Sequence record: NC_019526.1
Length of the DNA stretch: 64,000 nucleotides
Direction: 5' to 3' (one strand)
Within the stretch, counting starts at the first letter, position 1, and the number at the start of each line of letters is the position of its first letter. Both the position numbers and the translations under genes were made by a program. Positions 9,783 to 19,427 of the stretch are shown here, in pieces. The notes under the pieces were generated by a model. That model searched no databases and had not been told where the DNA came from. It saw only the letters and a program-made list of their open reading frames with translations.

Positions 9783-10114
9783 AATATAAATCCATAGTAC
9801 ACAAAAGATTTAAGTCAATATATTACACGGAAATTAATGTTCATAAAAAAGTAAAAGGTATTGATTTTTATATTGATAAAGTATATCTGGATTATGATGT
9901 AGTTACTAATACATTCGAATGTACAGACCTCTTTGATTCAATACCAGTACCTAACTTGGCTGAATTAAGTGAAGAAGAAGAATTTCAGTACTCATTAGTA
10001 TATGAAGATATATGGGGATTTAAATGGGATTATTATCGAATGGTGTCTTATCAAAAAGCACTAATATCCTCTATAAAAAAACAAAATTACTTATTAATTA
10101 ACCTGGAATATTAA
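9779..10114 (+). CDS. family A protein
   Basis: LSEEEEFQYSLVY. Confidence 0.8.
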   Translation: MKYKSIVHKRFKSIYYTEINVHKKVKGIDFYIDKVYLDYDVVTNTFECTDLFDSIPVPNLAELSEEEEFQYSLVYEDIWGFKWDYYRMVSYQKALISSIKKQNYLLINLEY

Positions 10115-10115
10115 T

Positions 10116-10649
10116 ATGCAAAACAAGTACAACTATAATGACCCAGAATTTGCTACACTCGCATATGATATAGCAAAAATGGTAAAAGACTTAAAGGAAT
10201 GTGCTATTGGTACTAAGGATATCAGTACTGTAATGAATACCGATGTAAATTTTAAGAAAGAATTACAGGTGACTGATTCGACAAATCCATTGGCTGCATT
10301 CAAGAATTGTGTGGTAAATTACTATGGTGTAGTACAATGTAACATCGGATATAAATCCCACGAATGTAATATAGTAACTTTTGATGCATATGGAAATCTC
10401 CATGAAATTGATATTTATAAGGGTCAAAAATTAATCATTAAATTCATGGATAGATATCAATGTAGCATATCATATCATTTCGAATTACCAAAAATTGATG
10501 GTGCATTCATTGATAATTATGATGCTTATATTTTTCAGTTAAGCACTACAAATGAATATTACAGTATCATTGATTTTGTACTTAGAATGAAAATGAAATT
10601 CCAGAGTAATTTGTACTTAAAAGGAAGTATCCTTGATCTGGTGTTATAA
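10116..10649 (+). CDS. family A protein
   Basis: YDAYIFQLSTTN. Confidence 0.75.
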   Translation: MQNKYNYNDPEFATLAYDIAKMVKDLKECAIGTKDISTVMNTDVNFKKELQVTDSTNPLAAFKNCVVNYYGVVQCNIGYKSHECNIVTFDAYGNLHEIDIYKGQKLIIKFMDRYQCSISYHFELPKIDGAFIDNYDAYIFQLSTTNEYYSIIDFVLRMKMKFQSNLYLKGSILDLVL

Positions 10650-10654
10650 AATAT

Positions 10655-10840
10655 ATGAAAATTTTAACAAAAGAAGAAGTACAAAAACGATTATTTGTAC
10701 AACAAGATTATACAACAATGCATAGATTTCTTGAGCTTCGTTTATTGAATTTTATTGGTACAGATTATCAGAATTATTGTGTAGATTTTTATATCAAAAT
10801 GCTTGAATCCGAAATTAAACTAAAATTAAAATTAAAATGA
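10655..10840 (+). CDS. family B protein
   Basis: ELRLLNFIGTDYQNYCVDFYIKML. Confidence 0.75.
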   Translation: MKILTKEEVQKRLFVQQDYTTMHRFLELRLLNFIGTDYQNYCVDFYIKMLESEIKLKLKLK

Positions 10841-11013
10841 AACACATTAATAGTATTCAGTACCTTAAATTGTACAAAAAAGCACTTGATAATTCCAGTA
10901 CAATGTTGGAGTTTAATGAAAACTTTTTCATATACGTATTGGGAACTAACTATCAAGAAAAGTTAATGCTTCCATATTTAGAAACTCTCTGCTATTCAAT
11001 GAAGAAAAAATGA
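10837..11013 (+). CDS. family B protein (58 aa, not in the ORF track)
   Basis: ENFFIYVLGTNYQEKLMLPYLETL; ATGA overlaps at both ends. Confidence 0.75.
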   Translation: MKHINSIQYLKLYKKALDNSSTMLEFNENFFIYVLGTNYQEKLMLPYLETLCYSMKKK

Positions 11014-11201
11014 AAATGTTAACTCCAACCGAATATGACAATGTAATAAGTTTAGTATATGTTTCTTTACCACGAAAATGTAGTTCTATTAGAAAATTTG
11101 AATTGTATTTAAAAGCGGTTCTTGACACCAATTACCAGTTACAAATTACAAATATATACATTTCCAGACTTATTCTACATATGCAAGGAAAAATTATATA
11201 A
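11010..11201 (+). CDS. family B protein
   Basis: ELYLKAVLDTNYQLQITNIYISRL. Confidence 0.75.
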   Translation: MKMLTPTEYDNVISLVYVSLPRKCSSIRKFELYLKAVLDTNYQLQITNIYISRLILHMQGKII

Positions 11202-11213
11202 TTCATTTGAATC

Positions 11214-11238
11214 AAAACCCCCCTTAATTGGGGTTTTT
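11214..11238 (+). terminator. intrinsic terminator
   Basis: AAAACCCC...GGGGTTTTT after the operon end. Confidence 0.7.
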
Positions 11239-11242
11239 GTAA

Positions 11243-11271
11243 TTGACTTTCTATATAATTTAATGTACAAT
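11243..11271 (+). promoter_or_regulatory. sigma70-type promoter
   Basis: TTGACT-17 bp-TACAAT directly after the terminator. Confidence 0.65.
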
Positions 11272-11305
11272 AACAATAAATGTTAATAGCAAGAGGTATT
11301 ATGTT

Positions 11306-11635
11306 TTGAAAATCACACTAGGCGAAGATAAGTATATCAAATTTTTAATCAATTTATATCAATCATTTAATTCAATGCCAGGAGATACTGAATATGATAA
11401 GAATATAAAATTGATTTCTATAATTATGTTAGATACCATATGTGAACCACATATTGAGTATTTGAACAAAAAATACAAAAACAAAAGAGTAACAGATCGA
11501 TTTAATCATCCATATTATATTGGATATTTCAAAAGCACCCCATTGGCCTTCTTTGCTTATACATTTACTGTTAATTTTCATATGTACAGTTTCAAAGATT
11601 TATATTTAACTGAGGACATTTTATATTGTGAATAA
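11306..11635 (+). CDS. family C protein
   Basis: HIEYLNKKYKNKRV; TTG start with GAGG SD. Confidence 0.75.
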   Translation: MKITLGEDKYIKFLINLYQSFNSMPGDTEYDKNIKLISIIMLDTICEPHIEYLNKKYKNKRVTDRFNHPYYIGYFKSTPLAFFAYTFTVNFHMYSFKDLYLTEDILYCE

Positions 11636-11936
11636 GTATGAGAGAATAGATAAAACTATACTAAAAACATTACAAATGATTTATCGATTGACTAATTCAA
11701 GACACCAATACACTGAAATATTCACTTATACATTTATTGAGTACCTCAATTCCAGATACGAATATTGTACTATAAATGATGATACATTCAATGTGGTAGA
11801 ATTTAAGATTGGGTTATTTGGTATTTTGTGTGTGATTAATAGTGAAAAAACCGGTAGAAATGAATACATTTATACCCATGATTTAGGTGATATAGATTTT
11901 GTTGTACAAAAAAACACCATAGAGATATCACAATGA
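11628..11936 (+). CDS. family C protein
   Basis: FIEYLNSRYEYCTI. Confidence 0.7.
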   Translation: MNKYERIDKTILKTLQMIYRLTNSRHQYTEIFTYTFIEYLNSRYEYCTINDDTFNVVEFKIGLFGILCVINSEKTGRNEYIYTHDLGDIDFVVQKNTIEISQ

Positions 11937-12250
11937 AACTATCAGAAGACAAATATTATAGTACTTTAGATTTAATTTCTGAATTATTTCATGATTATAA
12001 AATAAGAAAAACATATGCTTCTTATACATTGAGTAAATTGCTAGGTATTCATTATGAAGAATATATTCAGTACTTATCTATAAAATATAAAAATGCATTA
12101 TGTGATACTACTTCTCACGGAGAAGGTGTTATTATTGAATTTTCATATGATAAATTTGGTATTTTAATTTATTGTACCAACAATTCATATGGTTTTTGTA
12201 CAAGACTGGAGTTTGTGGAAATAATTACTGATGAAAAAACTGAAAAATAG
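11933..12250 (+). CDS. family C protein
   Basis: YIQYLSIKYKNALC. Confidence 0.7.
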   Translation: MKLSEDKYYSTLDLISELFHDYKIRKTYASYTLSKLLGIHYEEYIQYLSIKYKNALCDTTSHGEGVIIEFSYDKFGILIYCTNNSYGFCTRLEFVEIITDEKTEK

Positions 12251-12557
12251 TATAGTACACAAAACAATAAAAATGATTAATACTTCTATCATTTATACAG
12301 ATTTTGTATATTGCTCACAAACATATAAAAATTTATTTGATTTACTAATGGAACCATATATTGAATATTTGAGAGAAAATTATATCAACAAACAAGGTTC
12401 AAGTGCGTATGGTTTTTCTGTGAATCATTTTATAAACATAGTTGAAATTAATTCAGATCACGACTGGTTAGTTATTATTAAAGGACAATCCAGCACTTTA
12501 TATTCACAAACTTATGTATATTTCTCAATTGATGATTTTATTATAAAAGATGAATAA
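12231..12557 (+). CDS. family C protein
   Basis: YIEYLRENYINKQG. Confidence 0.7.
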   Translation: MKKLKNSIVHKTIKMINTSIIYTDFVYCSQTYKNLFDLLMEPYIEYLRENYINKQGSSAYGFSVNHFINIVEINSDHDWLVIIKGQSSTLYSQTYVYFSIDDFIIKDE

Positions 12558-12846
12558 AGAAAAAACACAAAGAACGATAGATTACATAGAAGAATTACTT
12601 TTTGATGATTTGTATATGGGTAATATTATTCCACACAATGGTTCGTTTTTGCATGATATAACATATGAAATATTAAAACCATTTATGGATTATCTTTATG
12701 TAAAATATACAGGAAAATTATGTTTAATTAATTCCCTTAATACCTGTTCTTATATTACTTCAGTTGAAATAAGAGTTGTTGTTGGTATTGTATTCCTCAC
12801 CAATTCAGAAAATAGTTACAAAATGAAGGATATAACAATAATATGA
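12550..12846 (+). CDS. family C protein
   Basis: FMDYLYVKYTGKLC. Confidence 0.7.
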   Translation: MNKEKTQRTIDYIEELLFDDLYMGNIIPHNGSFLHDITYEILKPFMDYLYVKYTGKLCLINSLNTCSYITSVEIRVVVGIVFLTNSENSYKMKDITII

Positions 12847-13052
12847 AAAAGATATCAGATTTGGTATATTATGAAATTTTTTATAAGTACTTTGACCGAT
12901 TTACTAATACTATTCTGGATAAACCGTACAGAAAATATGAAATTGAATTATTGGCGTTTATTGGAACAGATCAACAACAACAATGCCAAGATGATTATAT
13001 ACTATCATTGATTCGATACATGAGATTTTACCAAAATGATGAAGAATATTAA
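12843..13052 (+). CDS. family B protein
   Basis: EIELLAFIGTDQQQQCQDDYILSL. Confidence 0.75.
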   Translation: MKKISDLVYYEIFYKYFDRFTNTILDKPYRKYEIELLAFIGTDQQQQCQDDYILSLIRYMRFYQNDEEY

Positions 13053-13230
13053 TATATTCGAAGCAGAAAAACTTCTAAACAAATATGAAAATGAATACAA
13101 ATACAACCAATGTGATAAATTAAGAAAATCCGAAATTCATTTTTTTGCGTTACTTGGTACTAATTTTCAGGATAACGTTTATCATTTTTATTTCGGTAAT
13201 TTACTTAACAAAGCGAGAAATATAAATTAA
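13036..13230 (+). CDS. family B protein
   Basis: EIHFFALLGTNFQDNVYHFYFGNL. Confidence 0.75.
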   Translation: MMKNINIFEAEKLLNKYENEYKYNQCDKLRKSEIHFFALLGTNFQDNVYHFYFGNLLNKARNIN

Positions 13231-13231
13231 T

Positions 13232-13414
13232 ATGAAACAGATTACTTTATTGGATTTATCTACCAGAAGAATAGTTGCAAGAAGAACAATGACTGAATAT
13301 AATGAACTTAGATATCATGAATTAAATTTGTTAGCATCACTTGGTACTAATTTTCAGGAAAATCATAATCAGATTTATATTACTGCCTTAAAAGATTCAT
13401 TAAAGATAAAATAA
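13232..13414 (+). CDS. family B protein
   Basis: ELNLLASLGTNFQENHNQIYITAL. Confidence 0.75.
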   Translation: MKQITLLDLSTRRIVARRTMTEYNELRYHELNLLASLGTNFQENHNQIYITALKDSLKIK

Positions 13415-13434
13415 AAATAATTTTTAATTTAAAC

Positions 13435-13487
13435 TTGACATTTGTTCATTTTGTGATATAGTATTAAAATGAAATTCAAGTACTTGA
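13435..13487 (+). promoter_or_regulatory. sigma70-type promoter with extended -10, followed by a 12-bp palindrome
   Basis: TTGACA (13435)...TGATATAGT (to 13462); TCAAGTACTTGA at 13476-13487. Confidence 0.75.
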
Positions 13488-13541
13488 TTTTGTACTGAAA
13501 ATATTTTATCAAATTAAATCTATTCATTTGGGGTTAATAAA

Positions 13542-13751
13542 ATGAAATATACCGTTATTGGTATTTTGGGTTCAGATATTTGTAGTACTAACACCTCACT
13601 GGAAGCAGTACAAGTTGTATTGAAACAGATTCCTTTGAGTGAAAAAAATGCGAAAAAGTTTGAAAATCGATTACAAAATGCAAAAGAAGGCTCCACGATT
13701 TATATTGAATATGGTGGAGCTTCATGTGCTGTTAAAGTTCACAAGAATTAA
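13542..13751 (+). CDS. hypothetical protein
   Basis: First ORF after the promoter. Confidence 0.7.
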   Translation: MKYTVIGILGSDICSTNTSLEAVQVVLKQIPLSEKNAKKFENRLQNAKEGSTIYIEYGGASCAVKVHKN

Positions 13752-13759
13752 GGGTTACT

Positions 13760-14032
13760 ATGAAATTAATTAAAAATATTTTATTCTTTTTTATTTTTAG
13801 TATATGTATTACAAATAATGTATATGCCATACAAATGAATTGTGTCAATGTACAGGACAATAAATTTTGCACAAGTACAGATGAAAATGGTAATACAGTA
13901 CGTACCAACATTTATCGTTTTGGTAATATAGAAACCATCGAATCATCCGGTACTGATTCTAATGGTAATACTTTTATCAACAAGTGTACTGTAATAAAAT
14001 TGGATAATTATAGTACTATTAACTGCAATTAG
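13760..14032 (+). CDS. small putative exported protein
   Basis: N-terminal MKLIK + hydrophobic stretch ending VYA; paired cysteines in the mature part. Confidence 0.65.
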   Translation: MKLIKNILFFFIFSICITNNVYAIQMNCVNVQDNKFCTSTDENGNTVRTNIYRFGNIETIESSGTDSNGNTFINKCTVIKLDNYSTINCN

Positions 14033-14041
14033 GGTGATATT

Positions 14042-14416
14042 ATGTCATTTAAAAGAGATAGAGAATATATCGACACAATAATAAAAATTATAAAACAATT
14101 AAAAAGTCAAAATTCTGATCTAGGAACTTCAATATACAATGAATATTGCTCTTTTGGTTATTTGTGTTATAATTACAATGAACCAACATTGACTTATTTT
14201 TATGATAAAAAAGATAAAGATTTCGAAAAGTTTTCTACTACACTTGAAGTACCTTCATATGATATCAGTACAGAAGAAGGTTATTTTCAGGCATCTTTGA
14301 TGTATACAGATTCACAAATGCGAGTAATGTTTTTATTTGTTGAATTGAAAAAGAATTTTAAAAATGATTCATTTGTTATTCCCATGAAGTTACTAAATGA
14401 TAATTTAATATATTAA
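14042..14416 (+). CDS. family A protein
   Basis: ISTEEGYFQASLMY. Confidence 0.8.
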   Translation: MSFKRDREYIDTIIKIIKQLKSQNSDLGTSIYNEYCSFGYLCYNYNEPTLTYFYDKKDKDFEKFSTTLEVPSYDISTEEGYFQASLMYTDSQMRVMFLFVELKKNFKNDSFVIPMKLLNDNLIY

Positions 14417-14421
14417 AGGAT

Positions 14422-14820
14422 ATGTTTCTTATGTCTGAATTTGAAAAAATTATTAAACGTTGTGAAATATATTTTTATCATATTATAAAGAATATAGGAA
14501 AAACAAAAAAATCTACAGTTATAAATTGTGAATACAAAGATAATGGATTTATTTGTTATACACCAGAAAATAATGAATGTTATTTTTATTTCCCAGATCC
14601 AGAATTTGGTTCTTCTGGTATAAAAACAGAAATACCAGATGATGTTCTAACTGAAGAAGGTTATTTTCAGTACTCAACTATTTTTGATGATGAAAAATTA
14701 TTCAGTATGGTGTTAATGAAATATTTTAAAGATAATTGTGATTTTGGATTTTCTGTAGAGGCTCCTGATTGTCTTTTTGACTTCCTACAACGAACCGTAT
14801 ACAATGAAAATACTAACTGA
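14422..14820 (+). CDS. family A protein
   Basis: LTEEGYFQYSTIF. Confidence 0.8.
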   Translation: MFLMSEFEKIIKRCEIYFYHIIKNIGKTKKSTVINCEYKDNGFICYTPENNECYFYFPDPEFGSSGIKTEIPDDVLTEEGYFQYSTIFDDEKLFSMVLMKYFKDNCDFGFSVEAPDCLFDFLQRTVYNENTN

Positions 14821-14998
14821 GAGTGATTGCTACAGAATATGTTCTGAAGTATCTTTAAACTCAATCAATAAAAATAAAGTACAACGTGCAGAACTAATAT
14901 TAGTAAGATTTATGGGTACAAACTTTGAAGGAATTGCTTTGTATAATTATATGAATTGTTTAATGGAATATTGTAATGAGTTACATAACAGAAAATAG
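14804..14998 (+). CDS. family B protein
   Basis: ELILVRFMGTNFEGIALYNYMNCL. Confidence 0.7.
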   Translation: MKILTESDCYRICSEVSLNSINKNKVQRAELILVRFMGTNFEGIALYNYMNCLMEYCNELHNRK

Positions 14999-15398
14999 TT
15001 ACGAAAGAGATATTTTTATGTGTTCAGAAATAATGAGAATTCATGAACGATTTATTGGTCTTGATTCTTCTACGTGGAGTTTCAGGGAGGATGCATATTT
15101 AATTTTCAGCCCAGGAACCAAAAATCAAATACAGTACCATCTTTCATCACAAGAACGAAAAGAGTTATTTTTTAATGGTTCTGCTTTTCTGAGTTCAATC
15201 GATTTGGATTATCCACTCAAAGAAGACCTTGATTTGTGTACAGAAGAAGGTTATTTTCAGGGTTCATTAATTCTTGACAAAAAATATTTAACAGTATATA
15301 CTATTTTTCAGTACCTTGATAAAAATTGTAATTCTGCGTTCTCTATTGATATGGTACCTTTTTTGAACGGGTTTAGACGAAAATATGAAAATAGTTGA
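14976..15398 (+). CDS. family A protein
   Basis: LCTEEGYFQGSLIL. Confidence 0.8.
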   Translation: MSYITENSYERDIFMCSEIMRIHERFIGLDSSTWSFREDAYLIFSPGTKNQIQYHLSSQERKELFFNGSAFLSSIDLDYPLKEDLDLCTEEGYFQGSLILDKKYLTVYTIFQYLDKNCNSAFSIDMVPFLNGFRRKYENS

Positions 15399-15780
15399 TT
15401 ATGATTACCAAAGGGATCTAGCTATATCTAATATCATTTTGGAACTCTGTGAAGATGATCCTTATTATACTGTAGTTCGAGGGTATAGTAATAATGAATA
15501 CAAAAGTGATGGGTTTTTGGTTTATTCCAATGGAACACCCGTAAATGAAATTCTTGTATTTCCAATGTTCAATGAAATACTACAAAAGAACATGGTACCA
15601 AATAAACTTGTTAAATTAGTCCAAACTGATTTGTTGTCCGAAGAATCATATTTTCAACACAGTACTTTATATGATGCATTAGAATTGCATGTTATGTTTA
15701 TTTTTCAGTACTTAATGAAATATAGTACACATTCAGTATCAATGCCAATGAGATCAATCTGGAATGAATATGAAAAATAG
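15385..15780 (+). CDS. family A protein
   Basis: LSEESYFQHSTLY. Confidence 0.8.
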   Translation: MKIVDYDYQRDLAISNIILELCEDDPYYTVVRGYSNNEYKSDGFLVYSNGTPVNEILVFPMFNEILQKNMVPNKLVKLVQTDLLSEESYFQHSTLYDALELHVMFIFQYLMKYSTHSVSMPMRSIWNEYEK

Positions 15781-16300
15781 TTATATCTATGATGAAAAAG
15801 AAAACAAAGATGAACTAATTCAACACATGACTATACAAGAATGTTTTGAATACGCTGATAAAGTAATTGATTTATATAATATCTTACATAATAAACCAAA
15901 AATAAAAATACTCAATTTAGCTGAACTAGAGTCAGATAAATCAAGAAAACACAAATCTTTTGAATATACAAGTAATGATGATTTGGTTTATTCAGAAGAT
16001 AATCATTATTTTGTTGGTACTTCATTTATTGAGATTTATACTGGAATACGATATATTCCAGAGAGTGTTCATAAAATATTAGGTATAACATCAGGTACAA
16101 CAAGTAAACTTATTGATATCGGTGATGTTATCATTGAGAACACTGAAGAGGATATCTTCCAGTACAGCACAGTTTACAGTGATCACGAATTGAAGCATTT
16201 GATTATTTTAAGTGCAATTAAAAAAAATAGGTGTAGAGAGTTCTTTATGGATTTAAATTATTTGGAATTTTTATTAGATTATCATTCTATCTTAAATTAA
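15764..16300 (+). CDS. family A protein
   Basis: NTEEDIFQYSTVY. Confidence 0.8.
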   Translation: MNMKNSYIYDEKENKDELIQHMTIQECFEYADKVIDLYNILHNKPKIKILNLAELESDKSRKHKSFEYTSNDDLVYSEDNHYFVGTSFIEIYTGIRYIPESVHKILGITSGTTSKLIDIGDVIIENTEEDIFQYSTVYSDHELKHLIILSAIKKNRCREFFMDLNYLEFLLDYHSILN

Positions 16301-16310
16301 AAAACAAACT

Positions 16311-16832
16311 ATGAAACCAATTTACACTGAAAGTATTAAACTTATTAATGACATTGATGATTTCTTTAAATTTGTAAATTCAAATTCTTATTATGCACTT
16401 CATAATTTGAATATACTAATTTTTGATCATCCAGGTTCGGTTATTTCTGCATTTGAACCAAAAAATTTTTATCAAATCTGTTTAATTAGAGATAATGTAC
16501 AGGAATCAATTTTTAAGGTGTCATTGAATACAAGATATGAATACTGGAATGAATCAAGAATGTTTTATTTCGACGCGAGCAGAAATGATTTTTCTATATG
16601 TGAAAAAACAAAAATCCAAAATACTGTTGATATTTTGGAATATGATAACAATATAGAAGAGTTAGCATTCCAGTACAGTACTGAAGTACAACTGGAATTT
16701 GTTCCTGTTTGTGTATTGGCTTCATACTTAAAGAAGAATCACGACCCGAAATATCCATTATTTAAACTGATACTCAATGATGTTGATTTTTTATTAAAAC
16801 GATTCAAGGAAATAGAAGATTATGATTGGTAA
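16311..16832 (+). CDS. family A protein
   Basis: NIEELAFQYSTEV. Confidence 0.8.
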   Translation: MKPIYTESIKLINDIDDFFKFVNSNSYYALHNLNILIFDHPGSVISAFEPKNFYQICLIRDNVQESIFKVSLNTRYEYWNESRMFYFDASRNDFSICEKTKIQNTVDILEYDNNIEELAFQYSTEVQLEFVPVCVLASYLKKNHDPKYPLFKLILNDVDFLLKRFKEIEDYDW

Positions 16833-17313
16833 TTTAGTTGATTTTGCTTCAGTATCAAAATTCTCAGAAAATTTAATTAGAATTCATAAAGCATTTACTG
16901 ATGGTTTCTTTTTGAAAGTACCGAACTTTTGTACTAAACTGGAAGAAGTACAAGGTGAGTATGAATATTCGGTTATTCAACCAATAAAATGTTCACAAAT
17001 GTATACCAGTTTAACTGAAGAATATATTATTGATATTAATGATATATATTTTATATCTTTCAATCCTGATTCAGTACTTGAGATATACATTAATGCCGTT
17101 AGATCAAAAGTACTTAGTACAAAAGATGTAAATTCATTTGATATATCAGAGGAGGGTTACTTCCAGGGAAGCACGATTTATGAACCAGCAATGTTAAATT
17201 CTATTTTCATTGCATCTGTTCTAAATCGAAGTGATTGTGATAAATTTTATTTTGATTTAGATTATTATGATCTTTGTGTTGAGTATATGGAAAAATATAA
17301 TTATGTTCAATGA
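16822..17313 (+). CDS. family A protein
   Basis: ISEEGYFQGSTIY. Confidence 0.8.
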   Translation: MIGNLVDFASVSKFSENLIRIHKAFTDGFFLKVPNFCTKLEEVQGEYEYSVIQPIKCSQMYTSLTEEYIIDINDIYFISFNPDSVLEIYINAVRSKVLSTKDVNSFDISEEGYFQGSTIYEPAMLNSIFIASVLNRSDCDKFYFDLDYYDLCVEYMEKYNYVQ

Positions 17314-17797
17314 ACGTATCAGAACTGCACAAGAAATTATTCAAATTATAGTAGCAATAGAATCTACTGATAAAAAGTATGATGATTTCAAAAGTAATTT
17401 TACAGAAAAATATGTTCAGGACTCGGATTTTATTCAGTACTATATTAAAGGTGAAGAATCTGTAATATTCTATGCAAATGAAACATATATTTGTGATTAT
17501 GACAATTCTTCTAGATTTAATTACATCTGTTTTATTCCAAAATCAAATATTATAGTATATCGTATGTCTGATGAATTCGAAACAATATATGAATATGAGC
17601 TGTTTAAAGATTTTTCAGAAGAACTTGCATTTCAGTACAGTACCTTGTACAATTATGATATAATTGAAATGATGATTATGTTCTGGTATTTTAACCAGAT
17701 CTACAATGGCTCTTTTTATATTAATATGAATTTATTTGAAAAAGCCAAAAAAATATATGAGAGATATCATGACTTCGAATACAAATCCATTAATTGA
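17303..17797 (+). CDS. family A protein
   Basis: FSEELAFQYSTLY. Confidence 0.8.
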   Translation: MFNERIRTAQEIIQIIVAIESTDKKYDDFKSNFTEKYVQDSDFIQYYIKGEESVIFYANETYICDYDNSSRFNYICFIPKSNIIVYRMSDEFETIYEYELFKDFSEELAFQYSTLYNYDIIEMMIMFWYFNQIYNGSFYINMNLFEKAKKIYERYHDFEYKSIN

Positions 17798-18359
17798 ACA
17801 CGATAGTCAATTTTTTTACGAAAAAATAACTAATAGTATAGAATTATTAAAAAATATAGTCACTTATTTAAATCAAAATGATATGGAATATGTTGCTCAT
17901 AAAACTGGAGATTTGTATTTTTATATTACAAATGAAAACCCTCGTATTATGTCATTCCATACTGGTGAATATTCTTTTATGGATTTTTATACTAGTACAG
18001 AAAAGAAAGATGGTAGAAATTCAGTAGACATATTCAATAATAAAAAGAAAACGTGTATAGATTTTAATATACTACAAAATACTGATTCTTTTTTTCTCTC
18101 AGATTCCAGAAATGGTACAGCGAATGTAATTGATGCGTCAAAAATAATTGAATTGCCTATAATTAAAGTTCAAACAGAAGAAGAAAGATTTCAGTACAGT
18201 ACTGTGTATAATGATATTGAATTGAGTAGTATTGAATTGTATTATAAATTTATGAAAGAACAATTGTATTTTTACGTTACATTAGATGGTGTTGAAGAAA
18301 TTCAAACTGTACTTCAAACAATACACAATGATTTACCAAAATATATAAGGAAAAAATAA
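17769..18359 (+). CDS. family A protein
   Basis: QTEEERFQYSTVY. Confidence 0.8.
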   Translation: MTSNTNPLIEHDSQFFYEKITNSIELLKNIVTYLNQNDMEYVAHKTGDLYFYITNENPRIMSFHTGEYSFMDFYTSTEKKDGRNSVDIFNNKKKTCIDFNILQNTDSFFLSDSRNGTANVIDASKIIELPIIKVQTEEERFQYSTVYNDIELSSIELYYKFMKEQLYFYVTLDGVEEIQTVLQTIHNDLPKYIRKK

Positions 18360-18856
18360 TGAATTGTGAATATAAAAAATCTAAACACATCACGGATTCG
18401 TTGGTAAAATTAATCAAATCAATACTGAATGGTGCAATCGATGGACGACTAAACTATGATGACAGTGATGACATTATTAATGTTACATTAAAATCCAACA
18501 AAAAGAGTTATAGGAATTTATTTTCTACCGGGTGGTATTATAGTGAGTATTTACTTGAAGACAACTCTTCATTGGGATATTCAGAAACCCATTATTTTGC
18601 TTTTGATCCAAATGATAGTTCTCTTGTTGTTACGATTCGAACATGTAATGGTAAAAGAACAAGAGAGAAAATTAATACATCTGGACTTAATATAGATACA
18701 GAAGAAGGGTGGTTCCAGTACAGTACTTTATACGATGATACTGAACTATTTGCTATTATGTTATGGTGTGCATTTAAGAAAGAAAACTTCCCATCATGTT
18801 TAGTTGAATTTTCAGAATTTTTTAAATATTTGGAAGAAACAAATGCTATTATCTGA
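18359..18856 (+). CDS. family A protein
   Basis: DTEEGWFQYSTLY. Confidence 0.8.
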   Translation: MNCEYKKSKHITDSLVKLIKSILNGAIDGRLNYDDSDDIINVTLKSNKKSYRNLFSTGWYYSEYLLEDNSSLGYSETHYFAFDPNDSSLVVTIRTCNGKRTREKINTSGLNIDTEEGWFQYSTLYDDTELFAIMLWCAFKKENFPSCLVEFSEFFKYLEETNAII

Positions 18857-19424
18857 TATCAAATCTTTTAGTACTGAACTGGATGTAATTAAAAATATCA
18901 TTATTAAGATGATTGAAATTCACAGAACTAAAAGACGATCTACGTCTTTTAGTGAAGAAGGTTTTGAACTTGAGCGTGGATTGTTTCATATTGATTTGAT
19001 GATTAGTGATTATGAATGTATTTTTAGTTTAAGAAACGATTCGTCTCAAATGAAAAATACTGGGATTGATTTATCCATTATTCCACATCATCAAATTATA
19101 CTTGGTGGTTCTGGAAACGTATACATTTCACCCTTCGAATCTGGATTTAGTAGAAGTATAGCTTTACCAAAAAATGAAGGTAGTGAACCTTACATTTTAA
19201 TTAACGATGATGCACTTGATGAATGGAAATTTCAGTTAAGTACATTATATGATCCAATAATCGTTGATATAATAAACCTAGAAGAAGAACTAAGAGATCA
19301 CTTAGCCTCTTTGGAGCACAACAATAATGTATATGCACCTTTGTTATTGGTTGTTGATTTAAAATGTTTAGAAAAGAAAAAACACGATTTGAATTCTATG
19401 CTTGAATTTTTAGAGAACATATAA
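18843..19424 (+). CDS. family A protein
   Basis: ALDEWKFQLSTLY. Confidence 0.8.
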   Translation: MLLSDIKSFSTELDVIKNIIIKMIEIHRTKRRSTSFSEEGFELERGLFHIDLMISDYECIFSLRNDSSQMKNTGIDLSIIPHHQIILGGSGNVYISPFESGFSRSIALPKNEGSEPYILINDDALDEWKFQLSTLYDPIIVDIINLEEELRDHLASLEHNNNVYAPLLLVVDLKCLEKKKHDLNSMLEFLENI

Positions 19425-19427
19425 AAC

